DNA of 64,000 bases from Lama guanicoe (lineage: Eukaryota), in contig MU053379.1 in assembly GCA_013239625.1 (NCBI GenBank), positions 1,108,974 through 1,172,973 of the forward strand, in the 5' to 3' direction. The stretch's first letter is position 1; the number at the start of each line of letters is the position of its first letter. Positions 36,201 through 48,932 of the stretch are shown here, one piece after another. The translations under genes and the position numbers were made by a program. The notes beneath the pieces were generated by a model. The model was given only the letters and a program-made list of their open reading frames with translations. It ran no database searches and was not told the DNA's origin.

Positions 36201-37372
36201 AAAGGCTCCATGCTGTATGATTCCAACTACATAACAGTTTGGAAAAGACAAAACTGTGGAGATGGTGGAAGGACCAGACTCTGGGGATGAGGGAGGGAGC
36301 ACAGAGGGGTTGTAGGGGGTGACAGTGCTCTGTATGATAGTATAATGATGCAGGCATGTCATTATGCATTTGTCCAAACCCATAGTATGCGCAGCCATGA
36401 GGAACCCTAATGGAAACACTGATAGTGATGTGTCCATGTAGGTTCTCCTGCAGCAAGTGTACCGCCTTGGTGGGTGATACTGGTAACGCGGAGGTTGCCT
36501 ATATGTGAGGGCAGGGCTATGTGAGTGAGAAATCTCTGTACCCTCTCAATTTTTCTGTGAACCTAAAATTGCTCTGAAAAATAGTGTTAAAAAATAATCC
36601 AATTAAAACGGGCAAATGATTTGAATAGACAGTTCTCTGAAGAAGATATGCAAATGGCCAGTGAGCACATGAAAAGACGCTCAGCATCATTAGTCATTAG
36701 GGAAATTGGAATTATATTCACAGGGCTGGCTAGAATCAAAAAGACGTCACCAATGTGGGCAAAGGCTAGGCAGAAGTCGGAGCCCTGCACATTGCTGGTG
36801 AGAACGTAAAATGATGCAGACCTGTTGGAAAACAGGTTGGCAGTTTTTCAAAATGTTCAGCACAGAATCACCATGTGACTCAGCAGCTCTTCCCAGGGGA
36901 GATGAAAACGTATGTCCACACAAAGCTTTGGACATGAATGTTAATGGCAGCATTATTCACAACAGCCTCCAGATGGAAGCAACCCAAGTGTCCATCAGCT
37001 GAGGAATGGATAAGCACGTGACATGTGCGCACCATGGAGTGCTACTCCCCAGCAATAAAAAGGAGTGCGGCGCTGATAAATGCTGCAGCGTGGATGAAAC
37101 ACCAAGCCTCAGAACGTTTCAAAGCATGCTCAGTGGAAGAAGCCAGACACTGAAGAACACATATTGTGTGATTCCTTGTATATGAAGTGTCCAGAAGAGC
37201 CAAGTTACTAGAGACAGAAAAAGTAGATTAGGGATCACCTGGTGTGGGGGTAGGAACAGCCACAAGGGTTCCTACCAGAATGTTCTAAAATGGGATAGTG
37301 GTGATGGCTGCAGAAATCACTGCGTCATACACTTGAAATGGGAGAGTTTTATGGTATGCAGATTATAATTAA
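33290..37372 (+). mobile_element. Nested L1 block: an older L1 split by a younger L1MC-like element (~33771-36590)
   Basis: ORF2-like sequence throughout. The inner element has its own 3' end (aatttttctgtgaacctaaaattgctct...) at ~36550-36590, after which the outer L1 resumes and ends at ~37370. Confidence 0.8.
35082..35447 (-). mobile_element. ERV1-type LTR (MER41-like artiodactyl family), 3'-truncated, inserted in L1
   Basis: Minus strand begins TGTAACTGACCAGGACCCCACGGGGCCTTCCTGGGACAGACCCCTCCCCC, an LTR 5' end; it interrupts L1 ORF2. Confidence 0.7.
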
Positions 37373-39962
37373 ACAGAAAGGAGAAGGAAGAGGAAGAGGA
37401 GGGAGCAAGAAAAGGAGACACCCCAGGCCCTTTTTGCTTCCAGCTCCTCGCCTGCTGTGTTTTCCAGCTCAGGGAGCAGCACCGCTCACTCTCCAGCGTG
37501 TCGCCCCCACCGAGACCTGGAGCCCCAAGTTGCCCCGTGCCTGCCATGTTAGGAGCTGTGAGTGTGGCGGACGCTTGCCGCTGTTCGCTTCCTAGCAGCA
37601 TGTCTTCTTTTATAAATCGTTTGTGTCCTTTGTCTGTTAATCTCAGGGGTGTAGGGGAATCTTTGTGTATCAGATCATTTATTCATAGATCTTTCCACGG
37701 TTGAAGTGATGACTCCGAACCGAGTCTAACTAGCTGGGCCCACCTGGGGAGTTTGTGGAGAGGGACCCTTGACAGTCCCCTTCATGCCGTATTGAGGAGG
37801 GGGGTGGGGTGGGGAGCATGGGAGAAGGGAGGGACCAAGGTGAAAATAAACAACCCAGTGGGCATTTTTTCCAGGCCCTCAGCTGGTCCTCAGCCAACCC
37901 CAGCGCTTGTTTCCCTGGGTCCGGGGAGGAGGGCTGTCTCTGGGGGCCCTTTGCTCCAGCTGCTCAGCCTGGTTCCCTGGTTCATCTGCTCCCATTAGGG
38001 GATGGAGGCCTGGCCTCTCCCATCCCGGCCTTCCCAGAAACCCCGCTTCCCTCTCTGGGCTCCCCGGAGTCCAAAAGCCAATTCCTCTTTCTGTCCACCC
38101 AGCCTGGACCCGCTTCTGAGCCCTTGGAAATTTCTGTCCTGTCTCTTAATTCTCAGGGCTTTTGAATCACAGAGGTGTGTGGCATGGCCGTGAAAAGCTT
38201 GGCCTCTGGACCATCTGGGCCTGACTCCTGCACCTGCTGCTTACTGGCTGTGCCTCTGTTTCCCTCTTTGTTTAAACCATGTCATTTGTTGTGAGGAGCC
38301 CCTGTGAGAGGATGTCAAGTACCCGGCACACTGCCTGGTAGCCGGCGGGCACGGAGCGGAGTGGAGGGAGCCCTAGTTAAAAGGAAGCCGGAACTTGGTG
38401 TTTCTCAGCCTTGGCCACAGAAACGTCAGGACGTGGCTCCCGTCCTTGGAGAGTTTGACGTAGTTCATCTGCGGTGAGGTCCAGGCACAGGGATTTTAAA
38501 ACGCTTCCCGGCTCAGGGGATTCTAATGATGGCCACGGTTGAGACCCACAGGCTGGAGGGAGAAGTCAGGGTGGAAATCCGCACTGTGTCTCCTGCCCCT
38601 CCCGCCCCCGCAGTCCTGCCCCTTGGCTCTCATCCCCGGCCTTTGAAGAGCCCTCAGGTGGGAGGTTCCTCACCTCAATTTCCAAAATGCGTTCCTCCCC
38701 CAACCCCGAAGGCCTGCCCGAGCCTTCGGTACCTGAGCCGCCCCGATGAAGCGGGAACAGAGCTTGCCCTCTGTCCTGACCCAGTGTTTAATTCCATTTT
38801 ACTGTCCGACCACTTTTTCTATTGCGCATTTTGCTGTTTGCTCATTTCCTCCCTGTACATCTACAGACAGAAAAGTGGACTAGCTGACTTTTGAGACCCT
38901 CGGGGCATCAGCAGGGTAATAGCTAATGTCTGGGAAAAGCCTGTCTCCCCAGGCTTGTAAGAGGTTCCCTGGGGCTGGAGGGTGAGAAAGGGAAGGGCTG
39001 TGCAGGTGTCCTCGGCAGGATGCCCTCGGCTGCGCGTAAAAAACGTCCCGGCCCAGACGACCAGCAGTTACTGTCTCACCCAGCAGATGTCTGGAGGTAG
39101 TGTGTCCCGTGGTCACACAACCATTAGCTTATTAACTATGTGAGCCTGGGCAAGCAGCTTAGACTCAGTCTCCTCATCTGTGAAGAAGGATGGTTGCACG
39201 AGCGATGAGTTAGCATAAGTAAAGGTCTTAACCCCTGACATAAGGAAAGTGTTTTGTAGATGTTGGCTACCATGTTGATCAGTCTTTGCTGCACAACAAA
39301 TGGAAAATTCTCAGTGGTCCACAGCAGTAAGCATTTCTTTTTTTCGTGTGTCTGCAGGTTGGCAGGGCTGGGCTGGGCCCGTCCAATTCAGTCTGTACAC
39401 ACGTGCCCCACACGTGTTCCTTCCGGGTCCCCGGGCAGCAGGACTGGGGACGCTCTTCGCAGGACGGTGGGAAGCCCAAGGCCTTGGTCAGGGACTGGCA
39501 CGCTCTCATGCTGCTCCCTCTCCTCGGGCCCGAGCAAGTCCCACGTCCAGCCCAGTTCCAGCAGGAGGGGACATGAGCTTACTCACACCAGCGGGTGGTG
39601 GCGTCAAGTCACGGGGCAAAGGACATGAAAGATTACGAACAGCGTGTGATTGTATCACTTACCGTTGTTAAATTCAAAATGCTTTCTCATTTCTCTTGTG
39701 ATTCCTTCTTTGACCCCTGGGTTATTTAGAGGTGAATCATTTAATTTCCATATCTTGGAATATTTTTTCATGTTTCTTTCTGTTACTAATTTCTAGTTTA
39801 ATTCTTTTATGATCAGCGAACATACTTTGTATCAGTGTCCAACTTCTTAAGCCACAGGTTGTGCGGTGGACCGTCTCTGTTCTTAGGAAATACATGCTGG
39901 AGTATTTAGGGGTTTAACTTCCACGATGTATGTAACTTACCCTTAAATGGATCAGGAAACAA

Positions 39963-39965
<3 letters not shown>

Positions 39966-39994
<29 letters not shown>
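39966..39994 (+). repeat. (TG)14 microsatellite within an L1MC-like 3' fragment
   Basis: Seen directly in the sequence. Confidence 0.95.
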
Positions 39995-39996
<2 letters not shown>

Positions 39997-40597
39997 GAAT
40001 CGCAAGGAAGTGGAGGGTCAGGCAGGGAACATGCACAAATCATAAAGCTTAAGGGTTAAATGTTAACAGCAGACAAAGAATATACAGGCATTCTTTGTAC
40101 TATTTTATTTTTGCAACTTTTCTATCACTTTGAAATGATCTTCGAATAAAAAAGAAAAGAAAAGCTAAGAATCTACCCAGCTCCACTCCTCCAGGTTGTG
40201 TATCCCTCCGTACACTCTCCAAACCCATGCAAACGTGTCCTAATTTTTATGCACTTAGATGAGATGTTGTTGTATTAAAATGGGATTCTTCTCCGTGTGT
40301 TAATTATTGTGCAACTTGGTTTTCTCTCTTAACACTAAATCATAAATATCCTTCCAGGTCAAAAGACATCTGTTTAATTTACTTTTAAGCAGAGATGCAT
40401 CATATCCCATAGGTGTACAAGAATCATTGTTTCTTCAGCTCTTCCCCTGTGGTTCAATATTCGGGCAGTTTCCAGTTTTCTGTCACCACGAACAAGGCAG
40501 CAGAACCCATCCTTCTGTGTCTAACCCATGGCATGGCGCCGAATCTGTAACTCACTTCTTTTTTTTTGTGGGGTTGGAAGGGGTTGATTACTATTTT

Positions 40598-40850
40598 TTC
40601 CAGCTTTATTGAGATATGATTGACATATAACGTTGTGTAAATTTAAGATGCACCACGTGGTGATTTGACACACGTACTGCAAAATGATTACCACCATAGC
40701 ATTAGCTAGCCAACCCCTCCATCTCGTCACATAATTACCATTTTTTTGAGGTGAAATCATTTAAGATCTCTCTTAGCAACTTTCAAGTATATAATACAGT
40801 ATTGCCAACTATATTCACAACACTGTGTACTGGATCCTCAGAGCTTATAT
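40598..40850 (-). mobile_element. L1MA-like 3' end
   Basis: cagctttattgagatatgattgaca...atgattaccaccatag...ctcttagcaactttcaagtatataataca. Confidence 0.75.
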
Positions 40851-41424
40851 GACTCACTTCTGAAATTAGAACTTCAGTTGGAGTCAAGTAGCACCACAAA
40901 CGCTTCGAGATCCATCATGTTCAAATCTGTCACACAGCGGGCGTACACCCGGTCTCCAGAGGCCATCTGCTCACACCCCACGTCCGGGGAGGGCGGGCTG
41001 GCCGCTGGGCAGCTGGCCACACCGCACTTCTCTTAGGGCATGTAGAGACCCTTGCAGCCAGCCTTGTGGCCCGTGAACCCAGCATTCCCACGTGTCAGCC
41101 AGACTCTGCACCTCCCTCCTTGGCTACTTCATGCACCTGCGGATTACAGAACTTCAAAAAGGTTTTGCTAGAACTTTCAGGCACAGCCCAGGCTTCTGTA
41201 GGTGGGGCCACATATGGCCCACAGGTGGCCGGTTGGAGCGCCAGTGGAGTCTTCAGGCACAAGTAATTTGGTTGAGATCATACTTTTGATCTTCACAAGG
41301 GACACCGTGTCTCACACCGAGAAAGACAGTTAACATTCATTAAGCACTTTTAGATAGAGCCTCTCGCTGAACTCCCTCCTCAGCTTGAGGTGCAAGAGTC
41401 GTGTGATCCTATTGCACCCTTCCC

Positions 41425-41930
41425 CTGTGGCCACAGTAGTTCTGCATAAAACCACCCCAAAACTTAGCAGCCCAAAACAGCCACCAATTATTCGCTTCTG
41501 ATTCCGTGAGTGAATGATTTCGGCTGGGCTCCCTCATGGGGCCGTGGTCACCTGCAGGTCAGCTCGGCTTCTGGGAGTTGGCTGGCTGCTGGCTGGAGCA
41601 ATGGAGGTTTTGGCCCATGAAGTGTCTCCTCCTCCAACAGGCTAGCTTGGGGCTTGTTTACATGGTGGGGTGGGGGTGAGAGTGGGAGACAGGTGAGGAG
41701 ACAGGAGAGAGACAGGAAGCCCAGGCTGGCTGAGGGCTCCCCCAGAACTGGCTAGCATCACTTCTGCCACATCCTGTCAGCTGAAGCAAGTCAGAAGCTC
41801 AGCCCGGATTCAGGAGGGAGGACTGTAGCTCCATCAGGGTGGGAGGAGCTGCAGGCGCCCATCCATTCATTGCCCAGAGCGTGGACTGTAGGCATGAAGG
41901 TCTGTGGCCATTGTGGGAGTTTACCTAACA
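41425..41930. mobile_element. MaLR LTR (MLT1-like)
   Basis: aaaccaccccaaaacttagc...ctcctccaacaggctagc...tcacttctgccacatcctg. Confidence 0.65.
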
Positions 41931-44900
41931 TACTTTTGTAGGTCAGATGAGTGAGGAACCCAGATGTTCCTTAAAATCACCCAAGCTCACAAAGCCAGCA
42001 GGTGGTGGGTGGATCGGACCCTGGGCAGGCAGACACCGGCACCTAAACGTTCAGCCCCCTCTCCCGTGTGTCCGTGTCTGTGAAGCCTTCCTGACTGTGA
42101 GACCACCCTTAATGATCTCGCCATCTCTGAAAATCCCTGGCACGCACAGTCAACCTCAAGGAGAAAATCATCTCCAAAGACCCGGAGCCCCTCGGAGGAG
42201 AGGTGCCTGGTGGAAGGAGGAGGCGGTGTGCGGGGCTTTGCGGACCGATGGCTTGGCAGACGGTTGGGCAGTCGAACGGGTGGGTGGGTTGTTGGCCGGT
42301 AGGTGATGGGAGAGGGCTGAGGACAGCTCTCACCTCATCCCTGCTTGGGTTTCGCTGAAGTTGAGAGGCAGGAAATAGAGAAATCTCCGCCTCTAGCTGG
42401 CCTTTCTTGGGACCTTCAGACTGAAGGCCTAGGGTGTGGGGTCCACACTGGGATGAGACAGCCTTTCCAAGCAGGGAGACGTGCGTGACTCTGGACCTCT
42501 GACCTGGGGCGTGGGTGCAGATTTTCCCTCCTTCAGAGGAGGGAGAGTGCAGAGTGAATGCTAGTGGGTTGTGTGCAGTGCCAGGCTGTCGGCTGACTGT
42601 TCTCCAAGGCTCTAGCCCTGTGCGAGGCCCTGGGATTCCCTGGAGGACTCTTATCTTCAAGGCGTTTACAGCCTGAGCCTCCTCATGGGGCCCCGGGCGA
42701 GGTCAGGGCACCGTCCGCAGGCCCAAGTCCTGGCTGAGGGCCCATACAGGCCTCTGTCCCCCTTGGTGGCTCACCTGGGTGCCTCCACTGTGGATCCCAC
42801 CCTGTGACCAGGCTGCATGTCAGGTGTCCCAGCCCGTCCAAGGGGGTTTGTGGGAAAGGTCTTGACTCTGGTCCGGAATCTGCCCCCAGCCACCTGGGGC
42901 TGCCTGCCAACCGGGGCCATCAGTCTTGCCACCGGCTCACAGCTCGTCAGGCCCTTGTTCGTAGCACCACTTCCTCCCCTTAGAACTCAGGAGGTGGGAT
43001 TGGGGCCAAGGGACCCCCCCGGCACCCAGAGGGGTTGCTGTGATGGCCTCCCAGCTGGGGCCTCGGGGAGCAGCAGCCTCACCCCCACCTGCTTGTGTAT
43101 TTTATTGGGTCAGCTTGAGGACTTTTTTACCAAGCTGTATGGGATGCCCAGCGGAAGACAGCGCCCTTTCCAGTCCCGCAGGATGGCTCCCCCTGGTCCT
43201 TGCCCTCTGAGGCCACCCCTCGTCTGACCTTTATCCCCCGGACGGGTGTTGCCAGTTTCCGACTTTCCGACGGTTGGAAGCATCCTGCGTCGCATTCTTT
43301 CTGGGGTTGGGCTCGCTGTTAACCTGCACCAGTCTCTCCCCTGGCAGAGAATGGGTCTTAGTCACCTCTGTCCCTGTTCCCCTGACCTCCGGGCTAACAC
43401 GGAGCAGGGCACCCAGTGGACGTTCCTTCCATGAAGGCCAGCCTGCCTCCGCACAGCGCAGGGCGGCGGGTCAGAGCGCAGGCTGCCTGCACGCAGTCCT
43501 ACGCCCTCGCTTACCACAGTGTGACCTGGGGCAACTTGCCTAGCCTCTCTGTTCCAAGCCAGGGAGAGTAATAGCACTTGCCTCAGAGGGACACTGTGAT
43601 CACTGAGCGCGTCAGTATTTATAAAGCGCTTCCAAATGTCTAGGATATATTGAGGCTATTCATGTGTTTGTTAAATGAAGACATTAAAAAAAAAAAAAGT
43701 ATTTTCCACCTGAGCCGCTGAGGGCAAGGCCTAGCCCTGGTTTTTGACCATCAGCTCCTGAGTCGGAGTCGGCAACCCCGCACCAGATTTTGTAGGTAAG
43801 GGCTCCTTGGCTCACAGCTGCACTCATTGACTTGCGCGCTGCCTAAGGCTCCTTTCACGCCGCAGATCTGAGTGCTCGCAGCAGAGACCCACGAGCCTAA
43901 AACATTTACTCTCTGGCCTTTTCTAGAGTGAGTTTACCGACCTCTGTCCTGAGTTTTCTCAAACCAGCATGAACAAGGGTTTGCTGTATCTTCAACGCAA
44001 ACTGCGCTGACCTGGGGAAAGTGGTTTCTGTGAATGTTGCACGTTTAAGTCCCTCAACTGCCCTCTCTGCGCGAACCTCCGTGACTCCCAAAGGTTTCCT
44101 CGGCCTTTGTCCTGGTCCTCGGGAGCCCCCGTGGGCCAAGCCTTTGGTGGCCCTATTTTGAGGGTAAGTGGGTGGGTTTAAATATATCACCTCTAAGGGT
44201 GGGGACAAGGTGAGGGGGGAGGAGCAGGCACGCTCTCTGGGAATTAAGGTTCCACCCACGGGGACAGCTGGCTCCTTCCAACCACAAAGGGCACGGTCAC
44301 AGAACAGTCCTGCTGAAGAGGGTGATTAAGTGTTGGCCTTGGGCTCACCTCTGGCAGGCCTGCCATTCCCTTCCGCATGTGCCACCAAGCTTGCCTTGGA
44401 CATTAGTCAGGAAGGCGCCAGAGAGTAGATCATGAGACTAATTTATTGTTTAAATCTGAGGTTGGTCTTCGCACGCCTTGGGTTCACTGGGATATCGCTC
44501 AGGGCCTTGCCGAGACTCCCTGTTCTTCCTGGGGACAGACCCACTTGGCACACAGGCCACACGCTCACTTAACAGGCCACCACCTTCACAGGCTTGGATG
44601 GCTTCGCCCCATCTCCCAGCTCCTGCTGCAAGAAAAACCAGCACAAAGGCAAAGCTTACATGAGGGGAGGCGTGCGGGGAGAGGAGGACAGAAGACCTTA
44701 GCGTTTCAGCAGGAAAAAATCTGCTCAGATATCACTGCGGGGTGCCAGTGTACATTGTGCAAGTGTACCTTTCCGGAAGGCAAATTGGCAATATGTACCA
44801 AGAGCTTGAAAGCAGTGCCAGCCCTGGACGAGGTCTGCCCAGCTCTGGTAACACAGCCACAGTCATGCTGTGCAGCAAGCCGTCCCCAAACTCACGTTCC

Positions 44901-45366
44901 CAGAAACAGTCTTCTCGCACATCAGTGTCCAAGCCCGTGAAGGTCTGAGGTGCTATCCTCTTTCCAAGTTACAAAGTGAGCCATCCAGTTTCCTGGAGGC
45001 TGGCAGGAGACATGTGTCTTCTGGGTCAGGGGTGAAAGGTAGTTTATTCTCAGTGATGGCGGTCACCAGAATACCAGCATTTTCCCCAGTTCTTCACATT
45101 CCAGTTCTCACACAGCAGTGCAGTTAGGGCAGGGGAGACCTGCACACACAGCAGTTTGCAGACAAATGCACAAAAATCGACGCAAGCTGGAGTGAAGACA
45201 TAAATGTAAAGGCAAAAAAATAAAGCTTCAAGAAGAGCATCTTGAGACAGGCAAAGAACATTCACCATTTGGCCTTGATTTCCAGTCCAAGCGGCTTTTT
45301 GAGAGGGAAGGCCAGGCCGAGGCAAGACCGCCTCACTGAGCAGCAGAACAGCCTGGAGCCTCTGGG

Positions 45367-45427
45367 TCCATCCATTCCTCCATCCGTCCATCCGTCCATC
45401 CGTCTATCCATCCATCCATCCATTCAT
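45367..45427 (+). repeat. Degenerate (TCCA)n tetranucleotide repeat
   Basis: Seen directly in the sequence. Confidence 0.85.
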
Positions 45428-46769
45428 CACAACTTCTTTGGGAACTAACTATGGGCAAGGCCAACATGCTGCAGTAAAAACAAAACAAACACATTAACCA
45501 TAAAGGGAAAATGGATTAATTGGATTTCATTAACAGTGTATTTGATGTAGCTTGATGACCTCCCCACCTTTGCTGGTGGGGCCCGGGAGTTCTGAATTAT
45601 GTCAGAAAATGAAGAAACAGAGAGAGGCCATGTGAGGAAATGAACAAGGCGATCCCAGCGAAACCCTGGACGGGCCCTCGCTTCCTGGCCGCTGTCTGGC
45701 GCGCTCCACTCCAGTGCCCCGGGCTGCGGAGAAAGGCACGGCATGGGGGTCAAACACCTGAGTCTGGGACCTGATTCTGTTACTGTAGTCGTCCACGAGC
45801 ACGTGACCCTGGAGTTATTTCACCCGGACAAACTTCTGTCTCCAGCAGACACAGCAGCAGTGTGACGAAGGAGGAGGAGGAGGAGAGGGAGTGGGAGGAG
45901 AAGAAGAATAGAAGCTGTCCCTGTCTTAGTCCCTGCATCCAAGTCAGTGCTGCTGGCTGCAGGTAATCGTGGGTACCACCTACTGAGTGACCACTCCGTG
46001 CCAGGCACTATTCTGCACTCTGACATATACCGCCTACTTCTTCCCAGCCGCCTTGGGAAGTAGGCACCGTTAGCATCTCCACCTTATTGGTGCGGAGGTA
46101 GGCACAGGAGGTCAGTGGAGGAGGAGTCAGCATTTGATCTAGGCAGTCTGCCTTCAAAGTCTGGGAACAGAACCAGTCTCTGGATTCAGAGCCGGCACCA
46201 CCCAACCCCCCTGGGAGGTTTGGATCCCAACCCCGCACCTGTCCTCCCTGCAGAGAGTCGCTCACCCTGGGGGAAAGAGTGCAGGCAGTGACGCCGGCAC
46301 CACCTCGGCAGAGCGGGCTGTGCTAAGTGTTCACGTGCACTGGCAGGAGCAGTTGACGGACTCGTGGATTCCACAGCCCGCCAAAGGCCGACACAACCGT
46401 CTGAAAAGGAGTAAGTCAAAAAGACGGCTGCAAATGCTTTATTCAGAGCTGAGTTTTCAAATCGAAGCACAAACCATGGCAAATAGGAATATTAATTCAA
46501 AGTAACAGAAAAGGCTCAATCTTTAGGTACTTATTTAGAACCAGCTAGAAATGTAAAAGCAAGACCTAACCACGTGCAGCCCACTAGAGGTGCAACTGAC
46601 GTTTAATCAGCCCCCACGGCTGGATGCCCTCACCCGGTTAAGGGAACTAAGGAACAAGTTATCAAAACAGAGCCGGTTTCTCCAAACGTGGTAGGATTAA
46701 GGGGAGAGAACAAAAGATCTTAATAGAGAGTCAGACCTGTGCAGCTGTTTTAAAAAAACTGCCACAAAG

Positions 46770-47450
46770 GTTTCTGCACATCCTCACCGGCATTTGTTAC
46801 TTGTGTTCTTTTTGATGACGGCCATTCTGACAGGTGTGAGATGGTGTCTCACTGTGATTCTGATCTGCATTTCCCTGGTATTAGTGATGCTGAGCAGCTT
46901 TTCATGCTCCTATGGGCCATCTGCATTTCCTCTTCTGGAAAAATGTCTATTCAGTTCTTCTGCCCATATTTTAAATGGGTTGTTTGTTTGTTTGCTTGCT
47001 TTTTAATTGAAGTACAGCTGATTTAAAATGTTGTATTAGTTTCTGGCGTACCGCATGGCTGGACTTGGAGGGCGTTATGCTAAGTGAAATAAGTCAGACA
47101 GAGAAAGACAAACACTGTAAGAGATCACTTACATGTGGAGTCTGAATATAACAGAAAAGAAACAGACTCACGATGTAGAGAAGAAATAAGTTGTTACCAG
47201 TAGGGGATGGGGTGGGGGTGGGGGGACAAGATGGAGGTGGAAGATTAAGAGGTACAAACTATCAGGTATGAAATAAGCCACAAGGATGTGCTGTACAGCA
47301 TGGGGAATATGGCCAGTATTTTATAGTAACTGTAAATGGAATACAGCCTTTAAAAATTGTGCATTACTATACTGTAAGCTTGTAACATAATATTGTACAT
47401 CAACTATAATTCAATTTTTTAAATATTATACTGTAAGATAAATACATTCC
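46770..47450. mobile_element. 5'-inverted L1 insertion flanked by a 16-bp TSD
   Basis: TSD aaaaactgccacaaag at 46754-46769 and 47451-47466; antisense L1 piece 46770-~47055, then sense L1 3' end ~47056-47423. Confidence 0.8.
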
Positions 47451-47669
47451 AAAAACTGCCACAAAGAATGAATCTATCTTATAGGTTGATGACAAGGATT
47501 AGAGCTGAACATAATGCAGATATTAGCGTATGAGTAAGTGGTCGCTAGTCTGATTTTTGTAGCTGTTAAAACAGTGAATGATGGGGGTGCAGGAGCCGGT
47601 CAGTGCTTCTAGTTCTGACCGTCAGAATTTCAGTCTTTTCTGCATGAGCTGTTCTGAAGCTTACTCTCT

Positions 47670-48112
47670 TGGGCCAGGTGCCCCAGAAGCAGACTCTGGA
47701 TTGAGGGCTTGCGTGTCAGTGATTCACTAAGGATGTGCTCGCTGGGAAGACCGGTGTGGGAGTAAGAAGCAGATCAGAGAGGGCAAAGCCATTCTGGGCT
47801 TTCAAGTTAAGTCCACTGGCTTCATCCTGGGGGAACTCAAGAGTGTAAGTTATGAGTTTCCCTGATTTGAAACAAAGGAATTGTGGCATCCTCCAGGGCT
47901 CGTTCAAGGGCTGCACTCAGTGGGGAGTATTAACTCCCAGGCACATCTACTGACTTTTTACCACCTGGCAAAAGTGGCTCCTATAACCCAGGAGCAGTCT
48001 TCCAGTGAAGAGCCTCGGGTGTGAACCTGGAGGCACATTCCAGAGCCGACATCAGAAATAGTTAAAGGGACCCAGAGGGATCTGGGCGGAGCCCTGCTGG
48101 GCGCTTCTACAC
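47670..48112. mobile_element. Old ERVL-type LTR fragment
   Basis: ccccagaagcagactctg...gagggatctgggcggagc..cttctaca pattern. Confidence 0.5.
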
Positions 48113-48504
48113 TTACTGATGTCACCTACTGAATAGACACTGGGCTCTCAGCCAACACCAGCCTTCCCCCAAGAAGGGGGGGTCGTCTTTCCCGTGGGTT
48201 AGCAAAGGTGTTTGAAAGGCTACCATGCGTGAGGCCCCATGAGAGATCATTTTAAAAACACCTTGTTTAATCCTTAAGGTGCCCTCAGAGGTTCACTGCC
48301 CTCATTCTAAGGATGAATCAAGACCTTCAGAGAGGTTTAGGAGCTCGTCCAAGGTCACACAGCTAACAAATCACACACCCAGGGAATGTGCACACGCGTG
48401 CGTGTCTCCCTGGCTGCTTCTTGAGAACTCGCTGGGGAAACACATGACTCTCACACAGTCCTCAAATACAGCCTCCCAGCAGTGAGCTTGCCGCCTTCTG
48501 GCAC

Positions 48505-48932
48505 TGCTGCATTCATGTCCTGGGGCTGCTGCAACAAAGCACCACACACTGGGCGGCTTCAAACAGCAGAAACTGATCTCTCCCGGTTCTGGAGGCCAGA
48601 CGTCCAAAACGAAGGCGTCGGCAGGGCCACGCTGTCCATGAAGCTCTAGGGGAGGGACCGTTCCCCGCCTCTGTCCCGGCTTCCGGGAGCTTCCGGCTCG
48701 TAGCCCTGTCACTCTAGTCCTCCTCCTCCACAGGGCACCCTCCCTGAGTCTTCACGTCACCGTCCCTCTCTATGTGTCTAAATCCAAAGTTTCCCCTTTT
48801 ACAGGGACCTCATCTTAACTTGGTTAAATCTGCAAAGACTCTATTTCTGAATAAGGCCACATTCTGAGGTACAGAGTAGGGTGTGGTGAGGACCCCAGCA
48901 CATCTTTTTGGGGGGAACACAATTTAATCCAT
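48505..48932 (-). mobile_element. MaLR solo LTR (MLT1-type)
   Basis: ggggctgctgcaacaaagcaccacacactgggcggcttcaaacagcagaaa...tctgcaaagactctatttctgaataaggccacattctgaggtac. Confidence 0.8.

Noticed and set aside
43906..44259. Minus-strand ORF with a faint PDZ-like look (GVTEVRAERAVEGLKR...LRKLRTEV)
   Set aside because: No convincing acceptor and it lies beyond the putative terminal exon and AATAAA of the fossil gene; likely chance.
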